NCBI GenBank assembly: GCA_002010975.1
Contig: MTLU01000043.1
Coordinates: 1-55,273 of the forward strand
DNA from: Candidatus Bathyarchaeota archaeon JdFR-07
Lineage (GTDB): Archaea > Thermoproteota > Bathyarchaeia > Bathyarchaeales > Bathycorpusculaceae
Length of the DNA: 55,273 nt
Direction: 5' to 3'
Part shown: in pieces, positions 35,447-43,296 of the stretch
How the letters are laid out: each line of letters starts with the position of its first letter
How positions within the stretch are numbered: the stretch's first letter is position 1
The notes under the pieces: generated by a model
Databases searched by the model: none
Told to the model about the DNA's origin: nothing
Seen by the model: the letters and a program-made list of their open reading frames with translations, nothing else
Made by a program: the position numbers and the translations under genes

Positions 35447-36034
35447 ATGTCTACCGAAATCATAATAGGTATAGATCTAGCTGGAAAAAAAGAAAATCCT
35501 ACAGGGATAGCTTTATTAAAAAAACTTAGAGTGACGACAAATATTGTATATACAAATGCGGAAATTTTAGAAATCATCACCCATAAGCATCCCATAGTCA
35601 CTGCAATAGATGCACCCCTAAGTCTTCCAAAAAAAGGGTCGCTAAGAAGAGCTGATAGAGAAATGATAAAAAGAGGATACAAGGTTTTTCCACCTAGCTT
35701 ACCAGCCATGATGCAATTAACACTGCGTGGCATAGAAATAAACAAGTTAATAACGGAAAAAGGCTATAAAACAATAGAGGTGCACCCTACATCCACCCGA
35801 AAAGCACTCAACATGCCACTAAAAGATTGGGAAGAAATTCAAAAAACTTTTAAAAAACTGGGGTTGAAAGGAGACGTTCAGTTAAGAATGTTAAAAAATC
35901 ATGAAATTGACGCGGTAACTTCCGCATTAACAGCATTTCTTTACATAAATTGCCAAACAGAAGCTATAGGGAATACAGAAGAAGGATACATAATAGTGCC
36001 GAAAAAAACAGATTGGAGAACCATACGCTTATGA
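35447..36034 (+). CDS. DUF429 / COG2410 predicted RNase H-fold nuclease
   Basis: IIGIDLAGKKENPTGIALL ... VTAIDAPLSLP ... REMIKRGYKVFPPS ... HEIDAVTSALTA. Its stop overlaps the dp1 ATG (ATGA at 36031-36034). Confidence 0.7.
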   Translation: MSTEIIIGIDLAGKKENPTGIALLKKLRVTTNIVYTNAEILEIITHKHPIVTAIDAPLSLPKKGSLRRADREMIKRGYKVFPPSLPAMMQLTLRGIEINKLITEKGYKTIEVHPTSTRKALNMPLKDWEEIQKTFKKLGLKGDVQLRMLKNHEIDAVTSALTAFLYINCQTEAIGNTEEGYIIVPKKTDWRTIRL

Positions 36035-37563
36035 ACGAAAACGAAAAACTTCAAAAAGCTGTCGAACTGGCAATCACCTCAGGATACCAGCTTGAAAAAG
36101 ACGCTTTCGAATTCTTAACAACTATAGCCACAACAACAGACCCCACAGAAATTATGAGCAAAGCTATGCAAAAAATAGAAAATCTTAAAGAAAAGCCACT
36201 CTTCATTTGTAGAACCATATTAGAAGAATTATCAAAGAAAACAAAAACTGCGGAGGAAGTGATCCCTACACTTGAAGAAGTTCAAGCAATAGAAGGAAAG
36301 AGCAAAATTCGTCCATTCGCAAAAGAGGTTGATCCAAGCATAAAAATAATTGAAGACCCTTCAAATAAATTAAACACAGGTGGAACACTTGAAGAGTACA
36401 TAGGATATTTTAGGGATCGCTTTAAGCGAATAGAAAAGTTGTTAAGGCAAAGACTAGACGTCAGGGCAGCCGCATCAATCATTGACGTCTTAAAGGCTCC
36501 AGCAAACACAAGATTAAAGATAATTTGCATGATAACAGAAAAAAGAGAGTCAGAACAGAAAACCTTGTTGACAATTGAAGATCTACATGCTAATGCCGTT
36601 GCACTTATACCCAAAAATGCAAATGAAGGGCTGCGAAAAAAAGCACGTCTCATTTTGCTGGATCAAGTCATTTGTCTAGGCGTCAGAAAAACAAGAAGTA
36701 ACCTTCTAATAGTTGAAGACATAATTTTTCCGGACATCCCTCAGAAAAGTCCTAAAAAAGCCTCACTGCCGGTCTATGCCGTTCTTACATCAGATCTCCA
36801 CGTTGGAAGCGCAAAGTTTCAGAGAGAAGCATTCAATCGGTTTATATTATGGCTTAACGGCAAATATGGAAATGAAAAGCTGAGGGAAATGGCAAGCCAT
36901 GTAAAATACGTTCTTATCGCCGGAGACATTGTAGATGGAATAGGGATTTACCCAAACCAGCTAAAAGAGTTGGCGGTAAAAGACATTTACGAACAGTATA
37001 AAATTGCAGCAAAATACTTAGAACAAATACCTGATTACATCGAAGTTATAATTATTCCTGGAAACCATGATGCTGTAAGAAAGGCCCTACCTCAACCTGC
37101 TATACCAAAAGAATTTCTGAGTTTATTGCAAGAAACAAGAAAAATTTATTCCCTTGGAAACCCATGTTTTCTAACTCTTCACAACGTGGAAGTATTATTA
37201 TATCACGGACGTAGCATAGATGATGTTTTATCAACGGTTCCAGGTGTAAACCATTCTAACCCTGAAAAGGCAATGAAAGTTCTCTTACAAAGCCGCCATT
37301 TGGCTCCGGTATATGGCAAAAAAACGCTTCTATCTCCAGAAGAAAAAGACTTTCTAATTATCAACAGGGTTCCAGATATTTTTCACGCAGGACATGTCCA
37401 CGTGTTGGGCTATACTAACTATAGAGGCGTTATGCTCGTAAACTCTGGAGGTTGGCAAGAACAAACAGATTATATGCGAAGACTAGGATTAATACCTACA
37501 CCCGGAAAGGTTCCTGTTGTAAACCTTCAAACCTTGGATATTACTGTAATTCCCTTCGCCTAA
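36031..37563 (+). CDS. dp1: DNA polymerase II (PolD) small subunit DP1
   Basis: Calcineurin-like phosphoesterase motifs SDLHVGS, IAGDIVDGIGIYP, IIIPGNHD, HAGHVH. The N-terminal helical domain begins MNENEKLQKAVELA. Confidence 0.93.
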   Translation: MNENEKLQKAVELAITSGYQLEKDAFEFLTTIATTTDPTEIMSKAMQKIENLKEKPLFICRTILEELSKKTKTAEEVIPTLEEVQAIEGKSKIRPFAKEVDPSIKIIEDPSNKLNTGGTLEEYIGYFRDRFKRIEKLLRQRLDVRAAASIIDVLKAPANTRLKIICMITEKRESEQKTLLTIEDLHANAVALIPKNANEGLRKKARLILLDQVICLGVRKTRSNLLIVEDIIFPDIPQKSPKKASLPVYAVLTSDLHVGSAKFQREAFNRFILWLNGKYGNEKLREMASHVKYVLIAGDIVDGIGIYPNQLKELAVKDIYEQYKIAAKYLEQIPDYIEVIIIPGNHDAVRKALPQPAIPKEFLSLLQETRKIYSLGNPCFLTLHNVEVLLYHGRSIDDVLSTVPGVNHSNPEKAMKVLLQSRHLAPVYGKKTLLSPEEKDFLIINRVPDIFHAGHVHVLGYTNYRGVMLVNSGGWQEQTDYMRRLGLIPTPGKVPVVNLQTLDITVIPFA

Positions 37564-38117
37564 GAAATTCCACGAGCAATCAACCTAGCTACTCGAAGAG
37601 GCTCTGGAATCCTCCCACAAATAGATAAAGCGCGAATAACATTGGCTGCCCATTCTACACTTGCCCCCACCACATTAAAATATAAAGGCAGCTTGTCAGC
37701 CAAAATTATAACTTGATTGAAACCATGTAATTTTGCAAAAGCTTTCCATCGTAACTTCCAGTCTGCGAAGTGTCGCTGAAGAGCTTTCTTAACTGCCTTG
37801 TTGTCTGGCTTGTTACGTGTTACAACAATAACAGGCTTCATAAATTTTTCATAAATTAAAAACGGATCAATTACATTAAAACCCGCAAAAGAGATTCCGG
37901 CAAGCATTACCACCTCAAACATCCAGTTCATCAAGATTTTGCTAAAAATTTCTGTTGCATCAAAGCCGTCAACAGTTATTTTTTCTACTTTTATATCTTC
38001 AATTCTTGTTCCCTTAAATAAGACTGCAGCAAGAAATGTTTTTGGAGTCAAACCTTTCTGAAAACTTCCATCTTCAACGCCGACTACGGATAGATCCCGA
38101 AAGACATTTAAAGTCAT
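37560..38117 (-). CDS. DUF99/UPF0215 family protein
   Basis: VVGVEDGSFQKG ... LAGISFAGFNVIDP. ATG 38117 is chosen, and the 5' end still overlaps the cdc6 3' end by 44 nt. Confidence 0.65.
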   Translation of the reverse strand: MTLNVFRDLSVVGVEDGSFQKGLTPKTFLAAVLFKGTRIEDIKVEKITVDGFDATEIFSKILMNWMFEVVMLAGISFAGFNVIDPFLIYEKFMKPVIVVTRNKPDNKAVKKALQRHFADWKLRWKAFAKLHGFNQVIILADKLPLYFNVVGASVEWAANVIRALSICGRIPEPLRVARLIARGIS

Positions 38118-39324
38118 ATTTAACCAAACGCCCAAGCCTATTGTCATCAGAAAAAATGTCTCTAATAAGAGTACGGGATAGCTCCAATCTAATTTTTTTG
38201 GTGCGACCGTAACGTCCCATACTTACTACTTTAGCGTTCACTAATCCCATTGAATCGAGTTCATTAATCAGTGTACTTAAACGACGCTGTGTCAGTGGAA
38301 TAACACCAAGTTCTCCGCAAAGTTCAGAATAAACTTCATAAATCTCACCTGTAATTGCTCGGCGCTTTTCAACCCTGTTAAGGTGAAAAACGCTTAAAAG
38401 CACAAGTTTAGAATGTAAAGTCAAATTTCTAATAGCTTCAACTACACGATTATGTTCTATACAACTTTCAGCCTCACGCACATGATCTTCTAAGACAACA
38501 TTAAACCCTTTACGTTCTGCAACTTCACCAGCAACACGTAACAAATCCAGTGCCCTTCGGGCATCCCCATGTTCTGCAGCAGCCAATGCCGCGCAAAGAC
38601 TGACAGCCGCATCAGATAATACACCCTTACGAAAGGCCAGTTGGGCACGCGCCATAAGAATGCTTTTTAGTTCACTAGCATCATAAGGCCTAAAAACAAT
38701 TTCTTCTTCACTAAGTGTGCTAAAAACGCGTGGATCAAGATATTCCTTCAACCTAAGGTCGTTAGATATTCCAATAATGGACAACTTGCTATTAAATAAA
38801 GTCTCATTTATTCTAGTCAATTCATAAAGAAGCCCATCGCCCTTTGTTTTCACTAACGCATCGATCTCATCCAAAACCGCAATAAGCAATATTTTAGACT
38901 CATTTAGGCCTACTTTAAATCGGTCAAAAACCTCTCCAACAGACAAACCAGTAAAAGGCACTGACACTCCAATACTTTGACATAAACTTGAAAAAGTACG
39001 ATATTCTGATCCTGTCATGCGACAATTAACATAACAAAACTTTACAGGAGCTCCAAACTCCTTCGCCTTATTTTCAAGATAACTCAAGACATACCTTGAA
39101 ACGGCAGTTTTCCCTGTTCCAGTTTTTCCATATAAAAAAACATTCGAACATCTTTTTCCTTTAAGTACTGGTGCAACAGTTTCACCTAGCCGTCTAATTT
39201 GTTCCTCACGATGGGGTAATCTTTCAGGTAAATAATCGTGACGAAGAACATCTCTATCCTCAAAAATTTTTGAGTCTAACATTGATTTGTTAAATATTTT
39301 CTCCAGTATGTTTTGGTTACACAC
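38074..39324 (-). CDS. cdc6: Orc1/Cdc6 replication initiator
   Basis: LPHREEQI, Walker A YGKTGTGKT, Walker B LIAVLDEID, sensor GDARRALDLLR, C-terminal winged helix GRYGRTKKIRL. GTG start; ATG at aa 15 is an alternative. Confidence 0.95.
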   Translation of the reverse strand: MCNQNILEKIFNKSMLDSKIFEDRDVLRHDYLPERLPHREEQIRRLGETVAPVLKGKRCSNVFLYGKTGTGKTAVSRYVLSYLENKAKEFGAPVKFCYVNCRMTGSEYRTFSSLCQSIGVSVPFTGLSVGEVFDRFKVGLNESKILLIAVLDEIDALVKTKGDGLLYELTRINETLFNSKLSIIGISNDLRLKEYLDPRVFSTLSEEEIVFRPYDASELKSILMARAQLAFRKGVLSDAAVSLCAALAAAEHGDARRALDLLRVAGEVAERKGFNVVLEDHVREAESCIEHNRVVEAIRNLTLHSKLVLLSVFHLNRVEKRRAITGEIYEVYSELCGELGVIPLTQRRLSTLINELDSMGLVNAKVVSMGRYGRTKKIRLELSRTLIRDIFSDDNRLGRLVKYDFKCLSGSIRSRR

Positions 39325-39458
39325 AAACGCCGTCTCCTTTCGTCTCTTTAAATTCAGAAGTCAAACTTCATTTTAACTAGAATATAACTAGAATAATAAA
39401 ACATGTTATACAGAAAACTAAAGCTCCTGCACAAAAAACTTGCAAAAATTAAGGCTCA

Positions 39459-39480
39459 CCCCCTTTTTTCTAGTGGAAAT
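39459..39480 (-). repeat. ORB-like origin recognition box 1
   Basis: Plus strand CCCCCTTTTTTCTAGTGGAAAT (reverse complement ATTTCCACTAGAAAAAAGGGGG). Resembles the archaeal ORB core TCCAGTGGAAA plus a G-string. Confidence 0.6.
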
Positions 39481-39631
39481 CTTCTTTTTATCTGTAGAGT
39501 AATGTTGATTTCTGTTCTAAAAAGAAATATACTCCATTAGGTAAGATAATTCTATTTAATAAAATTATTATTGTATAGAAAAATAAACTTAAGTAATCAT
39601 TTAATTTTCAATTCATATCTATAGACAAGTA

Positions 39632-39653
39632 ATCTCCAATTGAAATACAGGGG
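39632..39653 (+). repeat. ORB-like origin recognition box 2, inverted relative to boxes 1 and 3
   Basis: ATCTCCAATTGAAATACAGGGG matches the reverse complement of box 1 at 16 of 22 positions. Confidence 0.45.
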
Positions 39654-39850
39654 TCTGTCAGCACAATGTTTTCTTTCAAAATTACGTATGGTTTATTACG
39701 TTTACCCTGATTGATACGTCTGAATTTTTCTCTTTCAATTCTTCTTCTTCACTTATTGTTAAAACCTTGTGAAATTGATTTATTTATACCATTTTTTCTA
39801 AGATTTTTTGTACAAAATTAACTTTTTTGTGACCTTTTTCTGTGAAACCG

Positions 39851-39875
39851 CCCCCCCTACGTTTCTACTGGAAAT
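39851..39875 (-). repeat. ORB-like origin recognition box 3
   Basis: Plus strand CCCCCCCTACGTTTCTACTGGAAAT. The TTTCTACTGGAAAT core matches box 1 at 13 of 14 positions. Confidence 0.6.
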
Positions 39876-40072
39876 AACAGAATAATTCAAAATCTTTTTT
39901 ATTCATGTATTTTACAATTCTGTGAAACCTGTAGAGCTTAAAGCAATTAAGTTTTTACTTCTTTTACTCTTTTAAGCATTCTAATGATTTATTTATTTCC
40001 AATTTTTCACCGTAATAGCTATAACATGTGAAATGTAAATTTGTGAACAACCAAAAAGGTGCCTTAGGATTA

Positions 40073-40507
40073 ATGCCAGCAAGAAAAATGCGAATTGAGC
40101 TATTCGACAGTGAGGGTAACAAATATACTATAGCGTTTGAAGGACAAATAACCCGAGAAAAAGCTCTTCGTTTGCTGGATTTAGTGGAACTTTTAGGTGG
40201 AATGCCTGAAGATGGGGCACTTGCATCAAAAATCAACCCTTTATTAATGTCTGCTCACTTATCTAAATACGATAAAGTTCGTGCAGTAATTCAGAAAAAT
40301 TTTCCACTCACTTGGTTTTCTTCGCGTGAAGCTCAAACAATTTATGAAAAAGAGTTTAAGGAACCCATCAGTCTAAGCACCGTGGCAACTTACCTATCCA
40401 GAATGGTGAAAAAAGGTCTTCTCCTTAAGGCTGGATCCTCTAATAGGTTAAAATATAAATTAGCACAGGTCTATCCTTCCGCAGTTCTTAGCCGCAAAAT
40501 ACCTTAA
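40073..40507 (+). CDS. hypothetical protein with a C-terminal winged-helix domain
   Basis: SSREAQTIYEKEFKEPISLSTVATYLSRMVKKGLLLKAGSSNRLKYKL. The ORF is open from GTG 40028; ATG 40073 and ATG 40088 are alternative starts. Confidence 0.55.
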   Translation: MPARKMRIELFDSEGNKYTIAFEGQITREKALRLLDLVELLGGMPEDGALASKINPLLMSAHLSKYDKVRAVIQKNFPLTWFSSREAQTIYEKEFKEPISLSTVATYLSRMVKKGLLLKAGSSNRLKYKLAQVYPSAVLSRKIP

Positions 40508-40512
40508 ATGGA

Positions 40513-41220
40513 CTAGCTTTCTGCTTTTTTCAAAATTTTCTCCATCTCTTTTTTTATGCGATACTTAAACGGAATCTTCCCAGTTTCTCTTTCCAAATAT
40601 CCTTCTTCATAAAGCTTTTTCATCAGTCTTGCTGTATGCTCTCTGCTAAGTTTTATTCTTTCTTTTATTTCAGGAGCAGTTTTAGGCCCTTCAGAAGATA
40701 ACATTTCCAAAACAGTTAATTCGGTTTCGGTTAAAGGTGCAATGGCCTTTTCTCTTCTTATCGGTATCGCTGCCTCAACCTTCAATTCATGAACAGGTGA
40801 AATATTTGCTGTTGCTTTCTCCTCAATCTCAGAAATTTTAATCGATAATTCTTTCTGTAATTTTGTAACATCACGCAATTCGTTCTCAAGTGAGTCAAAC
40901 TTCGCTAATATCCCTTCTTTAACCTTAAGCATCGACTTAACTTTACTTTCTAATAACTCCATTTTTCTTTCAATATTAGTCATCTTTTCAGAAACACTTC
41001 CATTTTTAGCGGAAACTGCTTCTAACTTGTAAGCGACGCTTTCTACTTTTTCTGCTTCTTGTCTAAGCTGTCTATTAAAACTTAGAATAATGTCTTTCAA
41101 AACATCTCTAGCTTTCTCGTATTCTCTTCTAATAATGCGAAGTTCTTTGTAATATTCTAGTGCAGCGCCGACAGTTAAAGCAGCTAAAACACCTATAAGA
41201 ATTAATATTATTTCAACCAC
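40513..41220 (-). CDS. membrane-anchored coiled-coil protein with a C-terminal MarR/TrmB-like winged helix
   Basis: N-terminal TM helix VEIILILIGVLAALTVGAALEYY, ~110 aa heptad-rich segment, then LTETELTVLEMLSSEGPKTAPEIKERIKLSREHTARLMKKLYEEGYLE. GTG start with AGGGGT upstream. Confidence 0.7.
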   Translation of the reverse strand: MVEIILILIGVLAALTVGAALEYYKELRIIRREYEKARDVLKDIILSFNRQLRQEAEKVESVAYKLEAVSAKNGSVSEKMTNIERKMELLESKVKSMLKVKEGILAKFDSLENELRDVTKLQKELSIKISEIEEKATANISPVHELKVEAAIPIRREKAIAPLTETELTVLEMLSSEGPKTAPEIKERIKLSREHTARLMKKLYEEGYLERETGKIPFKYRIKKEMEKILKKAES

Positions 41221-41232
41221 ATTACATACCCC

Positions 41233-41292
41233 TGTGATTTAATTGTGATTAAATGTGATTTGCTATTGTTGCATCACACATCACATATCACC
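41233..41292. repeat. inverted array: 3x TGTGAT (10-11 nt spacing), then 3x ATCACA/ATCACC (7 nt spacing)
   Basis: TGTGAT at 41233, 41244 and 41254. ATCACA at 41273 and 41280, ATCACC at 41287. The array begins 13 nt upstream of the 40513..41220 start codon. Confidence 0.8.
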
Positions 41293-41339
41293 ATTAAACA
41301 TTTAAAGATTATGGTAAATGCTTCATGAATCAAATTATA

Positions 41340-41356
41340 TGATGTCACACATCACA
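41340..41356. repeat. GATGTCACACATCACA motif (TGTGA/TCACA family)
   Basis: Near-identical in inverted orientation to 41485-41505, whose reverse complement reads GATGTCACAAATCACATC. Confidence 0.7.
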
Positions 41357-41484
41357 GTATAATAACGGATTATTGTTTATGGAATATTAAAAGAAGCTTT
41401 TTAAGCTGTCTTTTCGAAATTATGCCCTTATCCCTAGCCTGAATTTTTAATATTTCACTTATAAGGAACACGGCAATTTAATTT

Positions 41485-41505
41485 GATGTGATTTGTGACA
41501 TCACA
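41485..41505. repeat. GATGTGATTTGTGACATCACA motif cluster
   Basis: TGTGAT 41487, TGTGAC 41494, ATCACA 41500. Overlaps the stop codon of 41501..42106. Confidence 0.7.
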
Positions 41506-42106
41506 AAAAGCCTTCAGATGGATTTGACAGTTTTTTTAGTCCTGTTTCGAGCTCTTCCCTCATTATTTCTATGATTTTAAGTTGTTCATCTTCGTATTTA
41601 TCCCTATTCATCATTGCCTTATATGTATCAAGATATTCTTGTAATTTGTTCGCTATTTCTAAATATAGGTCGAGAGTTGTGCTCTCAAAAACTCCCAAAT
41701 ATCCTAAAAGTAGCACTGTGTAAATAGATTTTACAACATTTTCTTTCGCCTGTTTTAACGTCCTATTAAATGCTCCGCGGCTTATTTTAGCCTTTGTTAG
41801 CCTTAATCTGGCTTTTTCATCGTATTTTAAAGGTTTTTTGGCAATATTTTCGGATAAAACATCTATAAGCAATGTTTCTAGCTGTGTTTTAGTTAAATGG
41901 CTATTTCTAGCCAGTATTTTAACAACAGGGTCGTTTAAGGAGCTTATAAGCCACATTTGGACAGTTTCTTTAAGTTTCAATTTCCTTCTCTTCCCGTTAT
42001 TCCTAATGGATACATCTTTGTATACAAGCTTTTTAAAACTAACTATTTTGCAATGATTTCTGCGTTTTCTGGACGTAAACATTTTATTTAAAGGATAACA
42101 ATGCAT
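41501..42106 (-). CDS. hypothetical protein with a sigma-r4/Tfx-like HTH segment
   Basis: LTKTQLETLL ... KAKISRGAFNRTLKQAKENVVKS, then a helical C-terminus. The very basic first 50 aa may be non-coding, giving ATG 41956 (MWLISSL) as an alternative start. Confidence 0.5.
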   Translation of the reverse strand: MHCYPLNKMFTSRKRRNHCKIVSFKKLVYKDVSIRNNGKRRKLKLKETVQMWLISSLNDPVVKILARNSHLTKTQLETLLIDVLSENIAKKPLKYDEKARLRLTKAKISRGAFNRTLKQAKENVVKSIYTVLLLGYLGVFESTTLDLYLEIANKLQEYLDTYKAMMNRDKYEDEQLKIIEIMREELETGLKKLSNPSEGFL

Positions 42107-42123
42107 AATGAGGTAAAAATTAA

Positions 42124-43293
42124 TTGAGTCAAAAAATTAAGCTTGCAGAGCGTCTAAAAAATGTAAAGCCTTCTGGAATTCGTCGATTTTTCCGTTTAGC
42201 CGAAAAAACGTCTAGTAGCATCAATTTAAGTGTAGGAGAACCTGATTTTCGGCCCCCTAAGCACGCTTTGGACGCGGGATTGCAAGCAGCAAAAGAAGGT
42301 AAAACGCATTATGCACAAACTAATGGAATTCAAGAGCTTCGAGAAGCTCTAGCACAGAAGGCTTACAGGGATTACGGTCTTAATTATGATCCAGATTCTG
42401 AAATTTTGATTACTGTTGGTGGGACAGAAGCCGTTTTTTTAGCTCTCTTCAGCCTAGTAAATCCAGGTGAAGAGGTTCTTATTCCAGATCCCGGTTTTGT
42501 ATGCTACGAGCCCGGCATATTTTTGGCTGGTGGAATCCCTGTTCATTTTCCTTTGTTAGAGAAAAACGAGTTTAGACCTTCTATTGATAATGTGATATCA
42601 CTTCTCACAGAAAAATCACGTGTGATGATGCTAAACTTTCCAAATAACCCGACAGGAGCCATCCTTTCTTACAACGAGGCGGCCTCTTTAGCTAAAATTG
42701 CTGTTGAACGTGATATGATTGTGATTTCTGACGAAGTTTACGAAAAAATAATTTACAACGATGCAAAGCATTATTGTCTTGCTACTTTTCCAGGGATGCA
42801 AGAACGTACCTTGGTTGTCAACTCGTTTTCAAAAACTTACGCAATGACAGGTTTAAGAGTTGGATATGTGTACGGGCCTAAGGAGCTTATTTCTTCTCTT
42901 TGGCTTGCTCATCAATACACCGTTGCTTGCGTTGATACGCTAGCACAATACATTGCCTTAGCGGCTTTGAGAGGGCCTCAAGATTTTGTTGAAAATATGG
43001 TGCGAGAGTTCGATAGGCGACGACGCCTTGTTTACAAAAGACTTAACGAAATTAAAGGGTTCCACTGCCTTCTTCCAAAGGGCGCATTTTACGTATATCC
43101 GAACGTAAAAAATTTTGGCATGTCCTCCGAGCAATTCGCAGAGTTCTTGGCAAAAGAAGCTAAAGTCATCACTGTTCCAGGTTCAGCTTTTGGTAATTAT
43201 GGCGAAGGGTACATAAGACTTTCCTATGCTGCAGCTTACAGCGATTTAGAAAAGGCATTAAATCGTATTGAAAAAGCCGTGAAAAAGGTATAA
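42124..43293 (+). CDS. class I/II PLP-dependent aminotransferase (aspartate aminotransferase-like)
   Basis: PSGIRRFF, NFPNNPTGA, PLP-lysine motif NSFSKTYAMTGLRVGY, RLSYA. TTG start. Confidence 0.9.
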   Translation: MSQKIKLAERLKNVKPSGIRRFFRLAEKTSSSINLSVGEPDFRPPKHALDAGLQAAKEGKTHYAQTNGIQELREALAQKAYRDYGLNYDPDSEILITVGGTEAVFLALFSLVNPGEEVLIPDPGFVCYEPGIFLAGGIPVHFPLLEKNEFRPSIDNVISLLTEKSRVMMLNFPNNPTGAILSYNEAASLAKIAVERDMIVISDEVYEKIIYNDAKHYCLATFPGMQERTLVVNSFSKTYAMTGLRVGYVYGPKELISSLWLAHQYTVACVDTLAQYIALAALRGPQDFVENMVREFDRRRRLVYKRLNEIKGFHCLLPKGAFYVYPNVKNFGMSSEQFAEFLAKEAKVITVPGSAFGNYGEGYIRLSYAAAYSDLEKALNRIEKAVKKV

Positions 43294-43296
43294 AAA

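Larger units (their letters stand above)
39325..40027. other. probable chromosomal replication origin (oriC) next to cdc6
   Basis: ~700 bp non-coding, very AT-rich, with three ORB-like boxes. The most AT-rich stretch (~39541-39625) lies between oppositely oriented boxes. Confidence 0.7.

Noticed and set aside
35374-35745. 123-aa minus-strand ORF between the PhoU gene and dp1.
   Set aside because: It overlaps almost entirely with the plus-strand DUF429 gene, which has family motifs and is ATGA-coupled to dp1.
39964-40236. 90-aa minus-strand ORF spanning the edge of the origin region.
   Set aside because: It is antisense to the 5' part of the wHTH gene and runs into AT-rich non-coding DNA. 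Its composition is not protein-like.
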